A stretch of 57,591 nt of DNA, taken from assembly GCA_004431415.1 (NCBI GenBank), contig QPMI01000487.1:1-57591 (forward strand), written 5' to 3'. The notes beneath the pieces are model-generated. The model had not been told where the DNA came from. It saw only the letters and a program-made list of their open reading frames with translations, and ran no database searches. Position numbers and translations under genes: made by a program. The DNA comes from Cyanophora paradoxa CCMP329 (lineage: Eukaryota > Plantae > Glaucophyta). Numbering within the stretch: position 1 is the stretch's first letter; each line of letters opens with the position of its first letter. Below are positions 11,235 to 22,400 of the stretch, one piece after another.

Positions 11235-12698
11235 ATGACGGAACCCATAGTAGAAACGACAGTAAAGAATGCTGTATTGGATAATCAATTTTATATAACC
11301 CATGGCAATATACCCAGTGAATCCAATGACCTAATTGTTAATCTAAAAGGCTATGTGATGGGAGCTATGGCTTCTAACCTATGGAATGACCTTTTCGGTT
11401 ACGAGTTTGGTCACATCTATGACATTGCAAATGGGATCGGCTATGTGGATGCAATGGCAGGCACAGCCTTTCGCAATTTAAATTGCAACTGTGTGGGTGG
11501 GTGGATGTTTCAGATCTGTTCAAATGTCGATCCTACTATTGATCCCGCCACTGTGACCTTTGATTGCAATCTGTATGCCCCCAAAACCATTTTTTCTATC
11601 ACTTGCAATCTCGTTAATTCGGATGTGCCCATAGTAGCACCTGTAATAGGTGCATCAAATATGTATATCCAAAGAAATCCGGTCGTGCATACAGGCGCCG
11701 AATTTATATTAGGCGACAACACCCCAATTAGTCGACTCGAATTGCCCACGAATTTCACCTTTAATCTCGTGGATGAGTTCCCTAACAGTCAAAGTCTCAT
11801 GTATTTCACCTCTGAAAATCGCCTTTCGGGTGCATTCTCGCCCATCGAGCTCTCTATACCGAAGCAAAAGGTGAGCTATAAAGAGCTTACAGATGTGCCG
11901 GCGGGTTTTAGTGGGAAGTGGAGTGATATCATTCAGAAGCCGACTTGGAGTAGTGTAGCATACACAGGAAATTACTATGATTTAGTAGGAACTCCCGATT
12001 TCACAAGCTATATACCTCGTTGGATCGATCAAGGTGTAATTATATCAGAATCTACACTCCCTTTCAATGGGACATGGGATAGGTTATTTACTAAGCCGAA
12101 TTTGCATGCTGTTGCCACAAGTGGTGACTACAACGATTTAACTAACACCCCCAATGCACCGACCTTGCATGCTGTGGCTACAAGTGGGAGCTATACAGAT
12201 TTAGTTAATACACCTAACCTCCACGCTGTGGCTACAAGTGGAAATTATGATGATCTGATTAACACACCTACTTCGCCACCCACTCACAATCACAGCATAG
12301 AGTTGCTCACGAATTTCGGTAGTTATGTGAATCCAAATGCATATGTGCAACAAGGGACAGCGAATGTAGTTTTGGAAAATAGAATATACAATGCAGGAGA
12401 GACCTTTCAGTTATCGGGAACGGTCGTATTCTCTACCCCATTTTATAGTGATGCAGTGATTACTACCTCTATCGAGAATAGCTACAACTCTGTAAATTGG
12501 GAAATGACCAACTGTGTGTATATCGGACCTGAGTATGTTAATAATGAGAGAGTAGGACTAAAAACTAAGTTTACATGGATCGTTAGATTCACAGCTTTCG
12601 CATCGACTAATTTCACAAATGTCACAGCAGCAAATCGCACCCTTAAACTCCATTGGATTGCTGTCGGACCTCTCCAAAACAATAATATTCTCACATAA
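11235..12698 (+). CDS. Fibre protein with LHAVATSGxYxDLxNTP repeats
   Basis: Three near-identical shaft repeats at ~12100-12270 plus a degenerate copy. C-terminal VVFSTPF...LHWIAVGP resembles tail-fibre tip modules. Confidence 0.8.
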   Translation: MTEPIVETTVKNAVLDNQFYITHGNIPSESNDLIVNLKGYVMGAMASNLWNDLFGYEFGHIYDIANGIGYVDAMAGTAFRNLNCNCVGGWMFQICSNVDPTIDPATVTFDCNLYAPKTIFSITCNLVNSDVPIVAPVIGASNMYIQRNPVVHTGAEFILGDNTPISRLELPTNFTFNLVDEFPNSQSLMYFTSENRLSGAFSPIELSIPKQKVSYKELTDVPAGFSGKWSDIIQKPTWSSVAYTGNYYDLVGTPDFTSYIPRWIDQGVIISESTLPFNGTWDRLFTKPNLHAVATSGDYNDLTNTPNAPTLHAVATSGSYTDLVNTPNLHAVATSGNYDDLINTPTSPPTHNHSIELLTNFGSYVNPNAYVQQGTANVVLENRIYNAGETFQLSGTVVFSTPFYSDAVITTSIENSYNSVNWEMTNCVYIGPEYVNNERVGLKTKFTWIVRFTAFASTNFTNVTAANRTLKLHWIAVGPLQNNNILT

Positions 12699-12719
12699 TA
12701 AGTAAAGAACAATCAAAAG

Positions 12720-13721
12720 ATGTCGACTGTATTCACACCTGTGTTTTCCTTATCAGCCAGTGCTGTCCATAATGTGCAACACACAGTCTATGATTTATCT
12801 CCGAGCCACCCTTCGACTGAGACAGCGAAAACCGATTCTTTTAATGACCAAAGCATACTCAGAGTCAAAGAACTCAGAGCTGACAAGATTGATGGACTCG
12901 TTAAAGCTACTCAAATGATCGTATCGAATCGACCCGCAATCTCTTCGGGGCTGGTCACCAAAGAAAATCTATATGAAGGTCAACAGGATTCCAAAACGGC
13001 TTTTAATCCGGCTGATAGGAATTCGGCGGCTTTCCAAGTTTACAGTGGCGGGGCATGGATTGGGACTGGATTGGGAGTGAATGGGAATGCGACAATTACA
13101 GGAAGCCTTACAGCTGGATCATTTGAAACAGTTAAAACGACGACTATTGATTCTGGGGCGAACACAGAATTAGTAATTAAGCGAAACAATGAGAATATCG
13201 CTTCCACATTTGTAAACAGCTTCACCAATTCAACAAGTGGGGCAGTTGCTGGAACTTACAGCTGGAAAGGTCTTACAGTCAATGGGACAAACTCTTATCT
13301 TGGGACTCCAAACCATCCTCGATTTTGCTATGGATTAAATACAACAGTAACATCAGCTGCAATTATCAACGCATGGGGGCATATCATTTTAGGATCAACA
13401 TCATTTTCGAATGGAGTATTCACAGCACCCATAGGAGGACATTACAGGTTCGTTTTCACAGCAATGACATCAAGATATGATACAGGAAACACACATGTTA
13501 TTTTACAAGTAAATGGTGCAGATACAGCAGTGAATGCATTAGTAGGTGTTGTAACTAATGCAGATGAATATAGAAGATATCGCTGTCTCGGTTTCAACAC
13601 TATTCAATCACTTAGTGCAGGTGATAGTGTGCGACTCAGATTAGCATTGGGTAGTCAGCTTTATGGTGATGCAAGCACTGCATTTTGTCAATGGTCAGGT
13701 GAATTAATTTCGGCAATATAA
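12720..13721 (+). CDS. Fibre protein with C-terminal C1q/TNF-like head
   Basis: FSNGVFTAPIGGHYRFVF...LQVNG...SLSAGDSVRLRL...CQWSGELI matches the C1q consensus. Confidence 0.8.
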   Translation: MSTVFTPVFSLSASAVHNVQHTVYDLSPSHPSTETAKTDSFNDQSILRVKELRADKIDGLVKATQMIVSNRPAISSGLVTKENLYEGQQDSKTAFNPADRNSAAFQVYSGGAWIGTGLGVNGNATITGSLTAGSFETVKTTTIDSGANTELVIKRNNENIASTFVNSFTNSTSGAVAGTYSWKGLTVNGTNSYLGTPNHPRFCYGLNTTVTSAAIINAWGHIILGSTSFSNGVFTAPIGGHYRFVFTAMTSRYDTGNTHVILQVNGADTAVNALVGVVTNADEYRRYRCLGFNTIQSLSAGDSVRLRLALGSQLYGDASTAFCQWSGELISAI

Positions 13722-13729
13722 GTAAAAGA

Positions 13730-13993
13730 ATGTCGAACATCTACCAAGTGGTTCTAACTGATACTGAAAAACTCGGAATGGAATACTGTGCCTACTCTGT
13801 TCAGGATTGGATCGATAATGCTGCTCATAATAGGGCGAGAATCGCGATTGATGAGATTGTGGACAAAGAAGTTAAATCGTGTATTGCTGCTGGAATTCCG
13901 ATTCCACTCACAAAGGAAGCGATTGTAGAGCAAGCGTTTAATCGGGGGACTGTTCGAAAGGCAAGCGAAATTCCTGTGAGTGCTCCTATGTAA
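13730..13993 (+). CDS. Small hypothetical protein (possible fibre-associated chaperone)
   Basis: 87 aa, 8 bp after the C1q gene; VQDWIDNAAHNRARIAIDEIV. Confidence 0.7.
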   Translation: MSNIYQVVLTDTEKLGMEYCAYSVQDWIDNAAHNRARIAIDEIVDKEVKSCIAAGIPIPLTKEAIVEQAFNRGTVRKASEIPVSAPM

Positions 13994-14157
13994 AGAGAGA
14001 TGGGTTTATTGTTATTTTTCATAGATCATGCATAAGAAAGGCATGTATCTTGCATAGTGGGCGGGGCGCACTTATCCCCTTCGTATCCACTTCGTATCCA
14101 CTTCATATCCACTTTGTGTTCACTAAATTATATCGCACTGATTCAGTTTGCATTTTG

Positions 14158-15180
14158 CCCCCACCCTACACCCCACCCTATACTACAATCTCGTTATTTC
14201 TATACATATTTACTATCTAATTTAATAGAGTTTATACATTGAAATAAGTGAGGTGTATCGATAAGTAATACAGGGTGGGGAGGGTGGGGTTGGGTGGGGT
14301 CTTTTTTGCCCAAAAATATTTGACCCCCAAAAATTTAAGGGATTCAAAAAAATGCCCCACCTCACCCCACTTACCCCACCCTATCGAAGTCCGCACGATA
14401 TCATAGTAGGCTACATCGGGATTGCGATCATATCACAGTGTATACAGTGAGGGTGGTGCCCCACTTTCTCACCCCACCCTATCGATTCGCGATTCAGGGA
14501 TCGCGAAATATACAGCACATGATACTTGTTTTTCTTAGTGATCGCGCCGTTCTAATACGATCTGAATATATCATATCTCGTCGGTATCACGTCGGTTCAA
14601 TATCGTAATTATTAAATGGTTGGCTGATACCACTTTCACACCCCACCCTCACACCCCACCCGGTATTAATTTAACATACATAATCTCTATACTTTATACA
14701 TTAATTACATTGAAATCAATCATAAATATAATAAAAGATACAGGGTGGGGTAAGTGGGGTTGGGTGGGGTCTTTTTTGACCAAGAATTTTTGAGGGGGAA
14801 TTATTTTAGGGAATTCAAAAAAATGCCCCACCTCACCCCACCCGCCCCACCCTATCGAAGTTATCGAAGTCCGATAAGTATCAAACCGGAAGTAAAAATA
14901 ACACATCATGATTTTATGTGTGCCATCTTAGATTGGACTACCATACCGATACCACTCACACCCCACCCTCACACCCCACCCAGTATTAATTTAACATACT
15001 CAATCATACATATTTATATTTAAATTACATTGAAATCAATCATAGATAAAGAGAATAATACAGGGTGGGGTAAGTGGGGTTGGGTGGGGTCTTTTTTGAC
15101 CAAGAATGTTTGGGAGTGAAACATTTTAGGGAATTCAAAAAAATGCCCCACCTCACCCCACCCGCCCCACCCTATCGAAG
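14158..15180. repeat. Three ~120-bp G-run/C-run palindromic units plus CCCCACCC iterons (subterminal/TIR or origin-like region)
   Basis: Units at ~14271, 14741 and 15061: GGGTGGGG..GTGGGGTTGGGTGGGGTCTTTTTTG...CAAAAAAATGCCCCACCTCACCCCAC..CCCCACCC. Period is 320 bp between copies 2 and 3. Confidence 0.9.
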
Positions 15181-15500
15181 CTACGTAGGTGATACACATG
15201 ACTATATGAGGCGCGTCCCAAGCAGCACATTGTAGTTGTTTTAGATACACATCGCGCATCGTAAACACATATCGGCTATATCGCGATTACATATTATATA
15301 TACATATTTTACAAAGATTCCACGATACTTATATTATTTTTATTGATTCATTTACGAACTACCGATAGAATACATATCACATATCGATATACACTATGAT
15401 AAAAATGCTAATATCTTTATATAACTTATAGTAACACACATATAAAAACAAATATTATTATCCTGAGCGGAACGCGAGGGATAATAATATTTGTTTTTAT

Positions 15501-16018
15501 ATGTGTGAGGAAGAGGCAAGAAAGACCAAGGTAGAGACAGAGTACCAAGCATTGAAACGGGAGGCCAATCAACTGTTAAAAAGGAGGGGAAGGGCCTACG
15601 CCGACGAGGGCGCGGGCGTGGGCTCGGCCAGCCCGGACGACATCACCCTCGCGGAAAGGGACGACGTTTCCGTAGAGGAAATGCGCCCGGGCACAGCTCG
15701 CCTGCCCTCCGAGGGCGTATTCCAGACGCTCGACAGGCGCGTGATGGGCGACTCGGACGTTATTTTGCGCAACGCCCTCATGCCCTACGGCGACTGGAAC
15801 CGCGCCACCGCCGACGCCCTCGCCGATTTCGACCTCGAGCGATTTACCACCAAAGAGCAGCGCGACGCCTTCCTGGCGCGCCCGAGGGCAAGGCGACCCG
15901 GCGTGGCAAAGGAGGCCTTCAGCACCGAGACCCTCTTCTCCGCGATGGGTACGGCGAACAACGATGGCATGTCTTTCGGGGCAGCCGATTTATTTCAGGG
16001 GGCGGGCATCGACTTGGT
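15501..16018 (+). pseudogene. 5' half of a GC-rich gene disrupted by the retrotransposon
   Basis: Reads ...DLFQGAGIDLV up to the left TSD; the same frame resumes GIDLVGAGLGG at the right TSD. True start uncertain: the first ~95 bp differ in composition. Confidence 0.8.
16003..16018 (+). repeat. Left target-site duplication CGGGCATCGACTTGGT
   Basis: Identical 16-mer at 31601-31616. Confidence 0.95.
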
Positions 16019-16497
16019 TTTTTTTTTTTTTTTTTTTTGGAAAGCCTGTTGCATTCGTACACACTTGACAACAGTCCCCCGCTCCTCGCCTACCGGATAC
16101 TGGGATGCTGACTGCAGGAGGAGATAGATGACAAGAGTGCTACAGCTAGTAGTCGTGTCGAGCTGGTGCTTGAGCTGTAGTCTACCGAGTCGCCTCCAGA
16201 ACATAATATGCGCCGGTCCTCTAGCAGTGAGCGCGGCATTATGAGCTGCACGGTCCTAGATGCCCGCTTGCTGTCTCGTAGAACTTGGCCGTGGTGCGCT
16301 GTGTCCTATCTAATAATGGGGGAGATGCGGTAGGGGAAGAGGGTCCGCGGTGTCGTCGCGCCCGTCGTCGTCGCCGCCGTTCGAAGTCCAGCTCCGACCA
16401 GTAGGACGAGGCGCCGCGCTCCGAGACCTGCGCCACCCCCCCCCCCTCCCCCTCCCCCCCCCACCCTTCCCTCCCCCCCTCCCCCCGGACCTCCTCG

Positions 16498-19400
16498 CTA
16501 GCCCCTGTATTTCAGGATGTCGTGCCCCGAGGGGTCGACATGAAGGAAGTGATATGTAGCTGACAGGCGCAGTGATGAGCTGAGTAGTTGGCGGGCGTGT
16601 CTGGAGGGGCAGAGCAGATGTGGGAGACGGGCCGGGCCTGTGGGGGTGATCGCGCCATGGTGGATGCGGCGGCAGCCGCACGTTGCGCACATGTCTGGGA
16701 GGTATTGGAGTATGCTGCCGGGCTTTCGAGGTCTGCGCGGCTTCGGGGAAGGCGTCGGCAGTGGCGTCGGCGGCAGCGGCGGCGGCCGGGGCAGCGGGGG
16801 CAGCTCTTCCAGTCGGGCTGGCTGTCGGCGTCGGAGTTTTTTCCGGGGTTCCGAGGTTGCCTGGCCCGCGGGGGCGCGCACGCTAGGCGGCCGCACCGTA
16901 GCTTCTGCCATCGGTTTCCATTCGCCTGGGGCAAAGAATTTAAAGATGGAGCCCTCAGGGAGCCCTGGAATGGGGTCCGGTGGAGAGGCTGAGGCGTCAC
17001 GCTTGCCGCGTTTCTGTCCTGGAGGCTTCCGAGGGGCCGGGGCGTGTTTGCGTTTGCTGCTCAGCGGCTCTGATGGTGTTATCTCTGGGCGACGCTTGGC
17101 GCTGGGGGCCGGGGCTGCATCGTCATCCTCCACCGTACGTTTGGAGCCAACGGGTGGGGGCTTACTGGTGGGCGGTGGCGGGTGCTGCGGGGCCCCGTGC
17201 TCGTCTCTGAAGCGTTTAGCTGATGTCGGGGGTGCTGCGGGCGTGGCCGCAGGCCGTTTCACTACGCGGGCGGGGGGCTGCGGGGGGTATAGAAGGGGTA
17301 ATTCCAAGTCGTTCGTCGAGGACGTGGGCTGGGAGGGGCTAGGATTGCGGACTAGGTGGAATCCGACTCCCGCTGCGCTGTCGATGCAGAGACCTGTAGC
17401 GAGGTGGCGGAGGCACAGGCGGGCGGAGGCAAAGCTTGCCCCGCAGGTGTCGCAGCGAGGGCGTCGCGCTTCGAGTTCGCGGAGGCGGGCGCTACGTCGG
17501 GGGGGCTGGCTGTCCTGATGCTGAGCTGGGTGCTGACCGGGTTCCTCTTCCAGCTTCTTCCAGGTGAACGCCGCCAGCTCGGCCGCCAGGGCAGGAGCTG
17601 CCCCGCCGAGGTACTCCGTGATCGTGACTTGTTGGCGTTCGAGCGAGGGGCACCGGGTAGTCGGGGTAAGAGGAATTGGAGCCGGGGCTGGAGTAGGGAC
17701 CTGAGCCATCATCGAGGCCTTGGTCCGCTTGGTGCGTTTTTTTCCCGGCGTGATGCCGTGTTCCTGTTCCCAGGCTATGACTGCGTCGCAGCGGGTTTTC
17801 CAGATGCTCCGTGCATGCTCGTCCGCTAGTTGCACCAAGCCGTTCACTGCTTGCTTCGAGGTCGTGGCTAGAGCTCGAACTCCGAATGCTCGGAGTAGGA
17901 CGTGAATTCCTTGCGGGGCGACTAGCTGGAAGAGAGCTCGAAATTCGAATTGGTGAAGGAGGTCAGCTGCTTCGAGAATAGCTAGTTTTTGGCCCAGTGG
18001 GCAATCCGGAGCGAATTCGAGCGGAGGGCTGGACATGCCGGGGTCTAGTAGGAAGGGGAACAGCGCGTCCCAGGAGCTGCGAAGTCCCGTCGGCTTGTGT
18101 TTCATCACATGTTTAAGGACGTGCTCGCGGGCGGCTAGGCGGAAGACGTTGACGGCAGTAGCGGCAGCAGGGCATACCCAGATGTGATCGAAGTCTTCCT
18201 CTGCGAGGCGGCAGCGGGGGCAAATTGGTCCCTCGGGGCAGATTGCCGCATAGATGTCCGGGCGCGTGCGAGCACGGACTCGCAGCGTGGCCAAAGATGC
18301 AGTCAGCAGTTTTGAGCGCGTCGCGCGAAGCTGAACCCCGGCTTGGGTCTTGCGGCGTCCATCTTTGCGGTGTGCAGACATGAGGGAGAGAGCGGCGTCG
18401 AGTTGGCCGCCAGTGAAGCGCAGGAGTCTACCAGCTTCGAGTTGACAGCTCCACTGAATGAAGTCCACGAGCTGGGCTTCCTCGTCCATGTGTTTGCGCG
18501 GGTCTCCGTTCACGCGGTACGCCAAGAGGTGGCCGGCGTATCTCTCTGTGCCGGTCGGCAGCTCCGCAGAGCCAGACTTAAGCTTGGTGCCATAGCGGAT
18601 AAGCGGGGTAGTAGACCCGCATCCTGCGGGAAGGTATAGGAGGGCAGGGCAGGGCCCATCATTGCAGCTTTTCGCGAGGCGATCGGCCTGGTCGTTGTAG
18701 CAGTCGTACGCTGGATTGGGTACCAGTTCCGCTCCCGGCGCCCGGCGGGCTCGTGCACGGTTTTTCTTGGTCGGGTCAGGGGCAGGGGCCGGTGGGGGCG
18801 GTTTTGAGTTCTCTTCGGCGAGGGTAGCAACCTCAGCGGCACGGAGCGATGTCGGGCGGGTAAGGTTAGAGAGAATTTCGGCGCGAGGCAGATGCAGCCT
18901 CCGTTCTCTTTGTAGTTTTCCTACAACCTGGGCGAAGGCAGCTTCGTCTGATTTTGGCGGGGGTCTGCTGCCGGGTCTGGTAATGTGATGAGCGTTGGCG
19001 AGGGAGGGCGGGAGTGAGCCGCGAGGGAGTCATCTTCGCTGTCGCTCGCCTGCGATTTGCCCTCAGGTGTGAAGCAGGTCTCGCCGTCGTCACCGATTTC
19101 AGAGTCAGGTGGCGTCGGCAGCGTGCCACCGCGGTGCGAGGTTCGCCGGCGCCGACTGCCGAGCGTTGGAACAGAGGCTGTTTTTGGAGTCGCAAACGCG
19201 AGCTGATCCGAGGGAAAGGGTTCGGGGCCTATTTCAGTGGTGCCGAGGTAAAGGGCAAGTACAATGAAATGGGTGTAGGTCCGTAGTCGTTCCGGGAAGT
19301 CCCGAATGAGTGTGCTGAGGCGCTGCGTCGACGGGTCTCCAGAGAGGACGTAGGCTGTCATGAGAAGAAGGATCCCGCAGGAGGAGCGGTCGATCTGAAT

Positions 19401-22400
19401 GGGTCCGTCGCAGGCATCTGTCGAGAAGGATGTCCATAGAGGCGGGGCGAAGGGTTCGTCATCCCGTCGAAGCCAGATTCGGACAAGGTCAAGGCCTAGG
19501 GCAGTCCGGTCGGGTCGGCTCCGGTTCCCGCCGTCGTAGATTCGGATCGAGCGTTGTCTGGGGGCGATGAGAAGGAGGACCCAGTGGTCGGCTGGGTCGC
19601 CTTCCCGGTGCGGGAGGCGGGACGGGACCAGAGCGGGGAAGAAAACCATGCGATACGACCGTAGTGGTCGTGGTGGCAGATAGTGCAGTGTTTGTGCTGG
19701 GTTAAGAGTATGGGGTTGGGCGCCGACACCAGCTGTGGAGATTGCAGTGGGGAGGAAGCAGACGTCGCCCCCGCGGCACGCCGGTCGGGCTGCCAGGACG
19801 TCGAGGAAGGCATCGACCACCCGATCCGGGACTCCACGGGGAAGAGCGTTAGCGATAGTCCTATAGCTAGTTCGCCCGCCGCTCGGTGCAGGGGGTAGGT
19901 CTGTGTATAGGCAGGCAAGGTCTGCAACGTAGAGCGCCGGGGCAGGCGAGCGGGATGGTCGGCTCTCCGGCGTAGTGTGAGCTCGCGGGTATCCAATGAC
20001 GGCGTGTTCCGCTGCGTGGTCACCTCGGTTGAGGGCTGGGCCCCAACTGATGCGGATTTGGGGAAGCAGGGCTTTCTCGGCCTGCGAGAGAGCTCGAGGG
20101 AGGGGCGGCACACGGGTGGTAGCTGAGGGCTCGTCGCCAATGTTTGCACAGATGACACCGGTGGCAGCGTGGGAGGAGGCATTGAGTCCGCTGCGGGCTC
20201 TGGTGAGGACGTGTCGGCGAGCTTGGGTGCCGATGCAGGGCTAGGTGCGGGTGGCGACGGGAGCTCCGGTTGTAACGTCGTCACAGTTGGCGGGTCCACG
20301 GCAGAGTGGTGGTCATGAGTGGGCCCGGACCAGTCAGCGGGAAAGGAGGGCTTCGTTGGCTTGTAGCCTTGTCCAGTGAGGCTGAGATCTGAGAGGTAGA
20401 GAGCAGCGGCGTACCGGAGCCGGATTGCCGGGAGAATTGTGCGCGATAATTTGCCGGGGGCAGTCCCAGTCATGCGTGAGATGTAGCCCGATGCAATGTA
20501 GTCCGCGGCCGCCAATACTAACAGGGCGTCTTCACCGTGTTCTGCACCGGGCCAGCTCGGCGAGTTGAGGGTGCTAGCATCGCAGAACCAGCGAGGGCAT
20601 TGCGGGGCTGGGCCCCCGGCTTGCTCCTGCCATGCATCTGCCCAGGCTTGAAGCTCGGGGAGGACATCGGAGCAGGGCGTGTGGGAGCCGTCAATAACCC
20701 TTATAACTCGGGTGCGTGGAGAGATAAGCGCCAGGCGCCAGTGGCGAAGGAGTGCTCGACCATCAGGCCCAGGGATGGGCGGGAGGGGGAGCAGGAGGTA
20801 GTCAACGTCGTTTGGGCGGAGGGTCGCTTTGTTTGAGCAAATGAACTCTGGAGGGCAGTCGGGGTCCAGGAGGGCCCGTCTGGCTGCACGGGGAGAGACG
20901 AAAATGCAGCTGGGGAGGCCCGGCGTCCGTGCCCGTTCCTGCGCAGCTCGGCGGGCGACAAGGCGGAGGAACGCAATTACGTGCTGCTCGTGAAGGGGCA
21001 TTTCTTGTAAGAGGAGCGCAGATGCGGCTTCATGGTCGGAGAGCGTGAGGGGGTTACGCATAGATGCCGCCTGCACTTGCTGGCGTAGAGTTGGCGGTAG
21101 CGGCGCGGCGCGGAAATTTGGGTATGCGGCTGAGACCCCCACGGTGGGCGGTGGCGGATGGTATGCACGGATTGCGTCTGCTTCTGTGAATTTGCCATGC
21201 GAAGGCCGTTCGGGCAGAATTGGGCTGGGAGTGTTGGGCAGAACTGACGGGTGGCATAAAGTGCAGAGGGGGGCTGGGCCCGCTCGCCAATCCTGAAGTA
21301 CAAAATCAAGGGAAGTGCACGGGCGGTCCGGGTCGCAGCGGTGATACGCTGCAGTGGGGTCGTTGGGGGACAGGGGCAGGTCCTCGTCCCAGTGCCAAGC
21401 GGGGTGCTCAGCCGGGAATGAGCCATTTTCAGCCATCTGCCATCGAGACGGCGAGGCGAGCCAGGTAGTCTGGTCGCGCCGGGCCCCAGTCGAGGACGGA
21501 GGGCCAGTGAGGGGGTAATCCCGGCGTGCATTCGCGCGGACTGCGAGTGCATCCCAGTACTCCGTGCGTGACGGGCCCGTTGTGGGGAGAGACACATCGA
21601 CTTCTGGCCAGAATATTGGGTTAATGGGGGAAGTGCAGTGGAGACTGATACGAGTACGATACCGAATCGGAAGGGCGGCAAGCCAGGGTGCGTAGCGGCG
21701 TAGGAAGTCAGCTGGAGCTGTAATCACGAGAGACTTATCAGGCAGCATTCGTGTGTGGGCCCTCGGGATGCGGATAGCAGTTTCCCAGATTATGCATTGC
21801 TCGGCAGGGTGTGCTGCCAGATCGGGGGCAGCTGCAGCAAGGTCAAGTAGGAGGTGGTGCGGCGTTCCAAATTGCGCAAGTTCTATGATTTCAGGGTTCG
21901 CCAAGTATTGTTCGTATTCGCCAAGCGTTTGGGGGGCAATATAAACGTGGGCACGCCCCTCGTCATCTGGGGGCCCATCATGGAGGTAGGCAATGGGAAT
22001 ATTTAGTCCTCCATAGACACTGCGATATTCCCGGGCTGCAGCCTCCGATGGAGAGGGCTGGCTGCGTGGAGGCGGGGCGGGGCCAGGGCGCGCGACATAG
22101 GGGCGGGTGGCGTCGAAAGGCATACGTGGCGGGGCAGCTGCAGCCCTTGAGGGCTGGCGGGTTAGTGCCGGGTGGGTTAGTCGGGTCTCGAGCTCTGTTA
22201 TAGGGATGGTTTTCGGCTCGTGGGCTGGGGTCCAGGTTAGAGTCGGGAGGGGGGCGTAGCCAGCGCGTTCGCGGGCTGCAACAATTGCACGTATTGCAAG
22301 AATTGTGTCGCAGTATGGGCTGCGGAGAATTTTCCGAAGGAGAAGAGGGCATCCCGTGAGGCAAAAGCGCAGCAGAATCGAGATTGTGCCTTTGCTGTCT

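Larger units (their letters stand above)
1..15597. mobile_element. Endogenous Polinton-like virus / virophage-type element (structural module and probable right end; left part outside window)
   Basis: Compact, intronless, AT-balanced block with packaging ATPase, MCP, two penton-like genes and fibres, followed by a non-coding repeat region. Composition switches sharply to GC-rich at ~15595. The right boundary is approximate (compositional only). Confidence 0.85.

Noticed and set aside
1-14000. Bacterial prophage interpretation of the fibre/capsid block
   Set aside because: A32-type ATPase with jelly-roll MCP/penton motifs, no terminase or portal, no Shine-Dalgarno pattern, and flanked by a LINE and intron-containing genes.
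15590-15600. Exact PLV terminus (…GGCCT) with a Polinton-type 6-bp TSD
   Set aside because: The other end is outside the window, so TIR and TSD cannot be verified; only a compositional boundary is visible.
18900-20250. Programmed -1 ribosomal frameshifting between the LINE ORFs
   Set aside because: No clear X XXY YYZ slippery heptamer was seen, and equivalent -1 shifts are scattered through unrelated genes, so sequencing error is more parsimonious (not excluded).
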